DNA of 64,000 bases. Origin: Bacteroidales bacterium (GTDB lineage Bacteria > Bacteroidota > Bacteroidia > Bacteroidales > GCA-2748055). The notes below the pieces were generated by a model. The model was not told where the DNA came from. It was given only the letters and a program-made list of their open reading frames with translations, and did no database searches. This document shows, piece after piece, positions 56,650 through 64,000 of this stretch (position 1 is its first letter; every line of letters starts with the position of its first letter). Where the stretch lies: NCBI GenBank assembly GCA_029938715.1, contig JAOZUK010000001.1:23912-87911 (forward strand), given 5' to 3'. The translations under genes and the position numbers were made by a program.

Positions 56650-57498
56650 ATGGAGCAAGCAAGGAAATCCATTATGGTTACCTGGGATTTTTCAGCTGTA
56701 TCATACAATGCACTCAGGCATGCCATAAAAATGGCAAATATCTTGAAATACCAAATACTGTTGTTCCACATTGTAGCGGATCAGTCGGAGGAGGAAGTTG
56801 CCCGGAAAAAGATGGAGGCTGAGGCAGAGAAGATTAAGAAGGACTTCGGTGAGGAGGTGGGCTTTTATGTGCACCATGGTAAAATTTTCAAGGAGATTTC
56901 GGATTACGCTTCTAATGAGAAGAACAATATCCATTTTGTAGTCATGGGTACTCATGGCATGAAAGGAAACCAGAAGTTCTTTGGAAGCTGGGCCCTTAAG
57001 GTGGTTGCAGGATCGTCTGTGCCTTTTATTGTGATTCAGGAGGAGCCTGCAGAAAAAGAGAGGTTCAATGACATCGTCTTTCCAATCGACTTCAAGTCTG
57101 AAAACAAAGAGAAACTGCAGTGGGCCATATTTTTAGGCAAATACCTGAACGCAAAGATTCATCTATATAAAGCGCCGTTGAATGATAAGGACCTGCAAAA
57201 AAAGGTAAATGTAAACCTGAACTTCGCCATTCGCTTTCTGATTCAGAATAATATTGAATACGAAATTCATACGGCTTCAAAACCTGGAACAGCAACCTTT
57301 CAGAAAGAACTCCTGGCATTTTCAAAAAAGGTCAAGGCAGACCTGATTCTGATCACCACTACCAAGCATATAACGAAAATGGACTACATCTTCGGAGCCC
57401 GGGAACAGTATCTTATCGCCAACAGCGAAAAGATCCCGGTCATGTGCGTGAATCCCAAATCCAACTTTGCCACTGTGGGACAGTTCATGTACGGCTAA
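56650..57498 (+). CDS. tandem-domain universal stress protein (UspA family)
   Basis: IMVTWDFS..S.NAL, VVMGTHGMKG..GS, second domain IVFPIDF...DLILI...IPVMCV. Confidence 0.88.
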   Translation: MEQARKSIMVTWDFSAVSYNALRHAIKMANILKYQILLFHIVADQSEEEVARKKMEAEAEKIKKDFGEEVGFYVHHGKIFKEISDYASNEKNNIHFVVMGTHGMKGNQKFFGSWALKVVAGSSVPFIVIQEEPAEKERFNDIVFPIDFKSENKEKLQWAIFLGKYLNAKIHLYKAPLNDKDLQKKVNVNLNFAIRFLIQNNIEYEIHTASKPGTATFQKELLAFSKKVKADLILITTTKHITKMDYIFGAREQYLIANSEKIPVMCVNPKSNFATVGQFMYG

Positions 57499-57500
57499 CC

Positions 57501-57524
57501 ACTTTTAACTTTTGACTTTTAACT
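57501..57524. repeat. heptamer tandem repeat ACTTTT(A/G) x3
   Basis: ACTTTTA ACTTTTG ACTTTTA ACT in the uspA-gldA gap. Confidence 0.7.
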
Positions 57525-57539
57525 GCCTACAATTTCACC

Positions 57540-58496
57540 ATGTCCATTACTGTTAAGGGTATTACAAAAAGATATGGATCTCAACTGGCAGTAAATGACG
57601 TTAGTTTCGAGATTCCTGGTGGCGAAATTGTTGGTTTCATAGGTCCCAATGGTGCAGGGAAATCAACCACCATGAAAATCATTACAGGAACTCTTCCCCC
57701 GGATAAGGGATCCGTTATGATCAAGGGATTATCCACCCTGGATCACCAGACTGAGATTCGGCATATGATTGGTTATCTGCCGGAACACAATCCCCTCTAC
57801 CTGGAAATGTACATCCGGGAATACCTTCAATATGTGGCTAGTTTCTATGATTTAAGAGGCAAAAATCGAACCGGAGCGAAGCCGAGCTCACGAAGGCGAA
57901 GCCGAGTAAAGGCAAAGGTTGAGGATGTCATTGAAAAGACCGGACTGGGACCTGAAATAGGGAAAACCATTGGGAATCTGTCAAAGGGATACAGGCAGCG
58001 GGTAGGTCTGGCCCAGGCAATGATACATGACCCGGACATCCTGATACTGGATGAACCCACTTCCGGATTGGATCCCAATCAACTTGCAGAGATACGGAAC
58101 CTGATCTCCAACATTGGCGGGAAAAAAACAGTGCTTCTTTCGACCCATATCCTACAGGAAGTAGAAGCCATTTGCGACAGGGTTATCATTATCAACAACG
58201 GAGAGATTGTGGCTGATGAGGCTGCTGAAGATTTAACATCCGGTCATTCGGGGCAGGCACAAACCATTCATGTGGAAATCGAAGGGAATTTTGATCCCTC
58301 GGTTTGGAAGGAGCTGGCTTTTGTAAAAAATATCAAACCCATTGGTGGCAACCAGTTTTTGCTGGAAACCCATGAATCACGTGATATTCGGGGTGATATA
58401 TTCAACTTTGCTGTCAATCAAGGGCTTACTATACTTTCCCTTTCGCAGAAGAAAAAGAACCTCGAAGAGGTCTTTCGAGAGATTACAAACAGATAA
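57540..58496 (+). CDS. gldA: GldA-like ABC transporter ATPase
   Basis: GPNGAGKSTTMK, GYLPEHNPLYLEMY.REYL, LSKGYRQRVGLAQA, DEPTSGLDPNQL, LEEVFREIT. Confidence 0.82.
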   Translation: MSITVKGITKRYGSQLAVNDVSFEIPGGEIVGFIGPNGAGKSTTMKIITGTLPPDKGSVMIKGLSTLDHQTEIRHMIGYLPEHNPLYLEMYIREYLQYVASFYDLRGKNRTGAKPSSRRRSRVKAKVEDVIEKTGLGPEIGKTIGNLSKGYRQRVGLAQAMIHDPDILILDEPTSGLDPNQLAEIRNLISNIGGKKTVLLSTHILQEVEAICDRVIIINNGEIVADEAAEDLTSGHSGQAQTIHVEIEGNFDPSVWKELAFVKNIKPIGGNQFLLETHESRDIRGDIFNFAVNQGLTILSLSQKKKNLEEVFREITNR

Positions 58497-58531
58497 CTAT
58501 CTGATTATTATTTAAATATGTAGTAAACAAA

Positions 58532-58547
58532 TTGGCATTGTATTTGT
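58532..58547 (+). promoter_or_regulatory. sigma54-type motif TTGGCATTGTATTTGT overlapped by a 10-bp inverted repeat
   Basis: TGGCA-N6-TTG spacing; GTAAACAAAT/ATTTGTTTAC arms; about 50 nt before the TPR gene. Confidence 0.5.
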
Positions 58548-58598
58548 TTACATTATTTATATATTTACCGACTCATTTTGTAAACCAAATGTTACCCT

Positions 58599-59576
58599 AT
58601 GAAATTTAGACAATTAGCAATTATTGGAGGCATACTACTGGCAGGTAGCCTATCTGCCCAAACCCTCACAGATGTGATTAATGAGTTCAATACAGGAGTA
58701 GAAAAACTTAATAATCAGGAATATGAAGTCTCTATCGAGCACTTCAACCAAGTTATTTCCCTGGCTGCAACCGTTGGTGATGAAGCCAATGATATGAAGC
58801 AGAAAGCAGAAGCTCAAATTCCATCAGCTTACTACAGGCAGGCTACAATTTACATGAAGCGGAAACAGTACGACAATGCCATTCCCTACCTTGAACTTAC
58901 TATTGAATACGCCACATTGTATAACAACAATGAAGAGACCAAGGTTAAAGCAGCCAAATATTTGCCACAGCTGTATGTAAGAGAAGGAAACCAGGCCTGG
59001 AAAAATAAGAATTTCGACCAGGCTCATGGCTACTTTGACAAAGCTCTGGCGTCAAATGAAAACCTTTACCAGGCTCACCAGGGAAAAGCAATGGTTTTCA
59101 TGGACCAGGATGAAACAGACGCCATGTTGGGTGAATTTGCCATGGCCAAGGAGGGTGCAATGGCTAAAAATGACACCAAAACCATTTCAAAAATCAATGA
59201 TGTCATCGACTCATATTACAACAAGTTTATCACCGAAGAGCTGGAGATGGTTGATCCTGAAGAGCCCGACTATTCCTATGTGTTTGAAGCCTGCGAAAAT
59301 GCATTGGGAGCCAACCCTGAAAATCCCAGGGCACTCTATCACCTCGCACAGGTTTCCAATAAGAAAAATGAATATGACTCGGCCATTGAATATGCGATGA
59401 AAGCGCTGCAATATGAGGATGAACCCGTCTGGATCTCAGCCATCAATTTTGAGCTGGGTACCTCTTATCAGAATACATCGGAGTATGATAAAGCGTGTGA
59501 AGCACTTAAAAAAGTCGTGGAAGACCCCTTCCTGGACAGGGCTGAAAAGAAGATTGCAAATATTGGATGTGGTTAG
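58599..59576 (+). CDS. exported tetratricopeptide-repeat protein
   Basis: Signal peptide (LSA-Q); repeated TPR-like helices (YDNAIPYLE, FDQAHGYFDKAL, YDSAIEYAMKAL). Confidence 0.85.
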   Translation: MKFRQLAIIGGILLAGSLSAQTLTDVINEFNTGVEKLNNQEYEVSIEHFNQVISLAATVGDEANDMKQKAEAQIPSAYYRQATIYMKRKQYDNAIPYLELTIEYATLYNNNEETKVKAAKYLPQLYVREGNQAWKNKNFDQAHGYFDKALASNENLYQAHQGKAMVFMDQDETDAMLGEFAMAKEGAMAKNDTKTISKINDVIDSYYNKFITEELEMVDPEEPDYSYVFEACENALGANPENPRALYHLAQVSNKKNEYDSAIEYAMKALQYEDEPVWISAINFELGTSYQNTSEYDKACEALKKVVEDPFLDRAEKKIANIGCG

Positions 59577-59600
59577 CAGAGATGCCATATCCTCATATAT

Positions 59601-59631
59601 AAAAGCAGCGTTAAATGCGCTGCTTTTTTTT
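59601..59631 (+). terminator. intrinsic terminator after the TPR gene
   Basis: AAAAGCAGCG-TTAAATG-CGCTGCTTTT ending in a T8 run. Confidence 0.85.
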
Positions 59632-59669
59632 GTCACATGATCGAAATTTACTTCCTTTGTCACGTCGAA

Positions 59670-59719
59670 GTGGAGAGATTTGACTGATTGCAACCACGAA
59701 AAAAAAATGCTAAACCAGG
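59670..59719 (+). ncRNA. SAM-II riboswitch upstream of metK
   Basis: GUGG-AGAGAUUUGACUGAUUGCAA-CCAC-A-rich linker-AUGCUAAACCAG has the SAM-II pseudoknot signature (GAUUU, UUGC, GCUAAA) and sits 5' of SAM synthetase. Confidence 0.8.
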
Positions 59720-59787
59720 TTTTTCTTCAAAGATCAGTCAGCCCACTCCCGTTTATTTAATTCTAATTCCGGATAATTAACAACATT

Positions 59788-61053
59788 ATGGCATATCTAT
59801 TTACATCAGAATCCGTTTCAGAGGGCCATCCCGATAAAGTGGCCGATCAGATCTCAGATGCCCTGCTGGATGAGTTTCTTGCATTTGATCCTCAATCTAA
59901 GGTAGCATGCGAAACACTGGTAACCACCGGGCAGGTTGTTCTGGCCGGGGAAGTACGCACTTCCACCTATATCGATGTACAGAAAGTGGCCAGGGAGGTG
60001 ATATTTAATATTGGCTACACAGAAAGTGCTTACCAGTTTGAATACAATTCCTGTGGGGTAATGACCCTGATCCATGAACAGAGTCAGGATATTAACCGGG
60101 GTGTGGACAGGGAAGACCCTATGGAGCAGGGTGCCGGAGACCAGGGGATGATGTTCGGCTATGCAACCAGCGAAACCGATAACTACATGCCTCTCCCTCT
60201 GGACTTAAGTCACCGCTTACTTATTGAATTGGCAGAGCTGCGAAGAGAGAATCAAGAGATGACCTACCTGAGACCAGACTCAAAATCGCAGGTTACCATA
60301 GAGTATTCTGATGATGACAAACCGATTCGGGTGCATACCATCGTCATCTCCACACAGCACGATGAATTTGACACCGATGACGAAAGAATGCTTGGAAAAA
60401 TTCGTGAAGATGTGAAGAATATCCTGATTCCAAGGGTGGTGAAGCAGCTTCCCCAACGGCTGCAAAGCCTCTTTGATGATAAGTTTATCCTCCATGTAAA
60501 TCCCACAGGAAAATTTGTGATCGGTGGACCGCATGGTGATACAGGGCTAACCGGCAGAAAGATCATTGTGGATACCTACGGTGGTAAAGGTGCCCATGGA
60601 GGCGGTGCTTTTTCTGGAAAAGATCCATCCAAAGTTGACCGGTCGGCAGCATACGCCGCTCGGCACATTGCTAAAAATATTGTGGCAGCCGGCGTGGCAG
60701 ATGAAATTCTTGTTCAGCTTTCATATGCTATCGGAGTGGTAAAACCCATTGGGGTGTTTGTGAATACCTTTGGGAAATCGAATGTGGAACTTTCCGATGG
60801 AGACATAGCCAGAAAAATTGAATCTCTGTATGACCTGAGGCCTGCGGCCATCGAACAGCAACTTAAACTCAGGAATCCCATTTACACTGAAACTGCTTCT
60901 TACGGACATATGGGTCGCACGCCGCAAACCGTTACAAAAACTTTTCGCTCCCAGTACTGGGATGACCATGTAATTGAAGTGGAGCTGTTTACATGGGAGA
61001 AACTTGACTACGTCGATAAATTCAAAGATGCCTTTGGCATCGGTGAAAGTTGA
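59788..61053 (+). CDS. metK: S-adenosylmethionine synthetase
   Basis: [35 protein letters not shown]. Confidence 0.98.
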   Translation: MAYLFTSESVSEGHPDKVADQISDALLDEFLAFDPQSKVACETLVTTGQVVLAGEVRTSTYIDVQKVAREVIFNIGYTESAYQFEYNSCGVMTLIHEQSQDINRGVDREDPMEQGAGDQGMMFGYATSETDNYMPLPLDLSHRLLIELAELRRENQEMTYLRPDSKSQVTIEYSDDDKPIRVHTIVISTQHDEFDTDDERMLGKIREDVKNILIPRVVKQLPQRLQSLFDDKFILHVNPTGKFVIGGPHGDTGLTGRKIIVDTYGGKGAHGGGAFSGKDPSKVDRSAAYAARHIAKNIVAAGVADEILVQLSYAIGVVKPIGVFVNTFGKSNVELSDGDIARKIESLYDLRPAAIEQQLKLRNPIYTETASYGHMGRTPQTVTKTFRSQYWDDHVIEVELFTWEKLDYVDKFKDAFGIGES

Positions 61054-61070
61054 AAGCCTTTCAACTAACT

Positions 61071-61098
61071 TTATACCTTATACCTTATACTTTATACA
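61071..61098. repeat. heptamer tandem repeat TTATACN x4
   Basis: TTATACC TTATACC TTATACT TTATACA between metK and riboflavin synthase. Confidence 0.8.
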
Positions 61099-61104
61099 TA
61101 TTTC

Positions 61105-61704
61105 ATGTTTTCTGGAATCGTAGAAGAGGCTGCCACGGTGGTCCGGTTGGAAAAGGAGCAGGAAAACCTGCACATCACCATGAAATGTTCATTCACGGAT
61201 GAGCTGAAGATAGATCAGAGTATATCTCACAATGGAGTTTGCCTTACTGTGGTGGATATCTCTGGCGAAAATTATACGGTTACCGCCATTAAAGAGACCC
61301 TGATGAAATCGAACCTGGGACTCCTAAAACTGGGTGATAAGGTAAACCTGGAACGAAGTACCCGGCTCGATTCACGCCTGGATGGTCACATGGTACAGGG
61401 ACATGTGGATCTGACTGCCACCTGTTCCGAGGTAAAGGAAGCAGAGGGAAGCTGGTACTATACATTTGTTTACGAACCCACCGGTGAGGAGCATATCACG
61501 GTGGAGAAAGGATCGGTATCTGTAAATGGCGTTAGCCTTACGGTGGTAAACTCTCAGGATCGCTCATTCCAGGTAGCCATTATCCCTTTCACCTATGAGA
61601 TGACCAATTTTCACCAGTTTAAGGTGGGAACCGTGGTCAATATCGAATTTGATATCATAGGAAAATACATTGCCCGGATCCTGAAGGCTCAGCAGGGCAA
61701 ATAA
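61105..61704 (+). CDS. ribE: riboflavin synthase (alpha chain)
   Basis: MFSGIVEE, SISHNGVCLTV, VNLER, GHMVQGHVD, VNIEFDIIGKY. Confidence 0.95.
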   Translation: MFSGIVEEAATVVRLEKEQENLHITMKCSFTDELKIDQSISHNGVCLTVVDISGENYTVTAIKETLMKSNLGLLKLGDKVNLERSTRLDSRLDGHMVQGHVDLTATCSEVKEAEGSWYYTFVYEPTGEEHITVEKGSVSVNGVSLTVVNSQDRSFQVAIIPFTYEMTNFHQFKVGTVVNIEFDIIGKYIARILKAQQGK

Positions 61705-61788
61705 GATTCTATATATGTTTTATATTACTCCCCGACCGCCCGGAGGAGGCATTGGGATTACTATCTTTAATCCTCAAACTCAAATAAG

Positions 61789-63159
61789 ATGCGAAACATC
61801 CTTATACTTGGGGCGGGACTCTCCTCAACCACCCTTATAAAATACCTTCTTGATCATTCGGAAAACCAATGGGTCGTCAGGGTGGGTGATATCAGACTGG
61901 AGAATGCACAGGAGAAAATTCGGAACTATCCCCACGGCGAGGCTTTTGCTTTCGACGTTCACAATGTAGACCAGCGCACTGAAGAGATCAGGTTGGCCCA
62001 GATTGTAATCAGCATGCTTCCCGCCCGAATGCACCATCTTGTGGCCGAAACCTGTGTGGAGGTGGGCAGGGATATGGTGACAGCCTCCTACCTCTCACCT
62101 GCCATCAAAGCCCTGGATGGAGCTGCAAAGGAAAAAGGTATTATTCTTATGAATGAATGTGGGGTGGATCCGGGACTTGACCATATGTCGGCCATGAAAA
62201 TCATCAAGGAGATTGAAGAGATTGGCGGTAATTTGCTCGCTTTTGAGTCAAGTACAGGAGGATTGGTTGCTCCCGGATTTGAAAATAATCCCTGGCAGTA
62301 TAAGTTCACCTGGAATCCAAGGAATGTAGTACTGGCAGGCAAAGAAGGAGCACGATTTCTGCACAATGGCAAATTCAAGTACATTCCTTACCACAAAGTA
62401 TTTCGCCGCATAGAGACCATCCAGGTGCCCCAACTGGGGGCCTTTGAAGTTTATGGCAACAGGGATTCTCTCACTTACTTGGAGACCTACGGACTCTACA
62501 ACCTGAAAACCATGTTCAGAGGAACCATTCGCAGGCCGGGGTACTGTGAAGCATGGGATATTTTCGTTCAGCTGGGAGCCACTGATGACAGCTATGTGAT
62601 GGAGGACACCGAAAACATGACTTACAGGGAGTTTATCAACAGCTTTATGGCTTACGAAACCGAAATTCCTGTAGATGTAAAACTGGCCCGTTACCTGAAT
62701 TTCGAGAAAGACTCGAAAATGATGAAGCGGTTAAGCTGGCTTGGTATTTTTGATAACACCCGCATCGGCGTTCACGGTTTAACTCCTGCCAAAATCCTGC
62801 AGAAGATCCTGGAAGAGAAGTGGCAGCTGGGCCCCGGGGACAAGGATATGATAGTCATGCAGCACCAATTCGACTTTATAAAAGACGGAGTAGAGAAGAA
62901 GAGATTTTCTACCCTTGTATATATTGGAGATGAGCTGGGCCACACAGCCATGTCGGTAACGGTTGGATTGCCACTGGCCATGGTGGCACGACGCATCCTT
63001 GAAGGTGCTTATAGCCAAAAGGGAGTTCAGTTACCCATTCAACCAGATATCTACAATCCGGTTCTGAAAGAGCTTGAAAACTATGGGATCCAGTTTGTAG
63101 AACAGGATGTGGAAATTTCCGGGAACAACCCGGAGCATGGGACACACAAACAAACCTGA
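61789..63159 (+). CDS. saccharopine dehydrogenase family protein
   Basis: ILILGAG, VTASY, ECGVDPGLDHMSAM, YKFTWNPRNV, RGTIR, TAMSVTVGLP. Confidence 0.88.
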   Translation: MRNILILGAGLSSTTLIKYLLDHSENQWVVRVGDIRLENAQEKIRNYPHGEAFAFDVHNVDQRTEEIRLAQIVISMLPARMHHLVAETCVEVGRDMVTASYLSPAIKALDGAAKEKGIILMNECGVDPGLDHMSAMKIIKEIEEIGGNLLAFESSTGGLVAPGFENNPWQYKFTWNPRNVVLAGKEGARFLHNGKFKYIPYHKVFRRIETIQVPQLGAFEVYGNRDSLTYLETYGLYNLKTMFRGTIRRPGYCEAWDIFVQLGATDDSYVMEDTENMTYREFINSFMAYETEIPVDVKLARYLNFEKDSKMMKRLSWLGIFDNTRIGVHGLTPAKILQKILEEKWQLGPGDKDMIVMQHQFDFIKDGVEKKRFSTLVYIGDELGHTAMSVTVGLPLAMVARRILEGAYSQKGVQLPIQPDIYNPVLKELENYGIQFVEQDVEISGNNPEHGTHKQT

Positions 63160-63929
63160 TGGGCCTGAACCTGGAAGAATTGCGTGACTTTCTCGATGAA
63201 AAGGTGGATCAATACAACAATCCCCAATTTATCGAGTCGGATCCCATTCAAATACCACACAGGTTTTCTGAAAAAGAGGATATGGAAATTGCCGGTTTTC
63301 TTACTGCCACCATTTCATGGGGAAATCGCACCTCCATCATAAAAAGCGCAGAAAGGATGATGGGTCTGTTGGGAGACTCCCCATACGACTTTATCATGAA
63401 CCACAATGAGAGTCAACTTGAGAAAATTGATGGATCTGTCCATCGTACATTCAATTCAACCGACCTCCTCTTTTTTATCAAAGCTTTGCAGTTTCTCTAC
63501 CAGAAGAGGAGTGGACTTGAAGGCATTTTCAATAGATACCAGACACCCCAATCGCTACAGCCGGCTATTCACCACCTAAAAACAGAATTCTTCTCAATCA
63601 CACATCCACTTCGAACCTGCAAGCATCTGCCCGATCCTTTCAAAGGATCTGCAGCCAAAAGAATCAATATGTTCTTAAGGTGGATGGTTCGCAAAGACAA
63701 ACGAGGCGTTGATTTCGGTATTTGGGATGAAATCTCACCCTCCGTTCTCTCTTGTCCTCTGGATCTGCATTCTGGAAATGTGGCTAGAAAGCTGGGGCTG
63801 ATTGATCGCAGACAGAACGATTCAAAAACTGTATCCCAACTTGATGAAAAATTGCGGTTGCTTGATCCCAACGACCCGGTCAAATACGATTTTGCACTTT
63901 TTGGTCTGGGGATATTTGAAAGATTCTAA
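63159..63929 (+). CDS. TIGR02757/DUF2400 family protein
   Basis: DPIQIPH, WGNR, SAAKRINMFLRWMVR, PLD.H, DPVKYDFALFG. Confidence 0.9.
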   Translation: MGLNLEELRDFLDEKVDQYNNPQFIESDPIQIPHRFSEKEDMEIAGFLTATISWGNRTSIIKSAERMMGLLGDSPYDFIMNHNESQLEKIDGSVHRTFNSTDLLFFIKALQFLYQKRSGLEGIFNRYQTPQSLQPAIHHLKTEFFSITHPLRTCKHLPDPFKGSAAKRINMFLRWMVRKDKRGVDFGIWDEISPSVLSCPLDLHSGNVARKLGLIDRRQNDSKTVSQLDEKLRLLDPNDPVKYDFALFGLGIFERF

Positions 63930-63946
63930 CTTCTAATCATTGGCGA

Positions 63947-64000
63947 TCAGGATTCAATTCGTCCATCTTTCATGGTAATGATCCGGTCGGCCATGCCTGC
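63947..64000 (-). CDS. 3' end of an ABC transporter ATP-binding protein (LolD-like), starting beyond the window
   Basis: Minus strand reads AGMADRIITMKDGRIES-stop, a typical ABC ATPase C-terminus. Confidence 0.7.
   Translation of the reverse strand, partial: AGMADRIITMKDGRIES

Noticed and set aside
1-64000. Prophage, IS, integron, CRISPR-Cas or anti-phage defence system
   Set aside because: No ORF shows transposase, integrase, capsid, Cas or recognisable defence-domain motifs; nearly all long ORFs are core Bacteroidota genes

Overview
This is core chromosomal DNA from a Bacteroidota bacterium, probably Bacteroidales-like. The assignment rests on TAnnTTTG promoter elements, A-rich translation starts and a porP-porK/L/M/N (gldKLMN) type IX secretion operon. 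About 50 genes are tightly packed. They include housekeeping genes (metG, glmS, panCD, radA, PBP1A, topA, ung, trpS, rbfA, rpoN, asnS, metK, riboflavin synthase), a four-gene nucleotide-sugar cluster, the T9SS core, a 1.7k-aa SprB-repeat T9SS cargo with its own PorP/SprF partner, a GldA-like ATPase and several uncharacterised envelope proteins. I saw no rRNA, tRNA, CRISPR array, transposase or integrase. The non-coding highlights are a SAM-II riboswitch before metK, three sigma54-type promoter motifs and the 410-bp convergent ung-trpS gap. That gap is tiled almost end to end with hairpins: a candidate sigma54-driven ~75-nt sRNA plus two ~110-nt rod-like elements in opposite orientation that share a GGA/GGA internal loop and an AAUCCUUU/AAAGGAUU-UCA apical module. 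It is my best candidate for an undescribed element. All family assignments come from motif recognition by eye; no searches were run.
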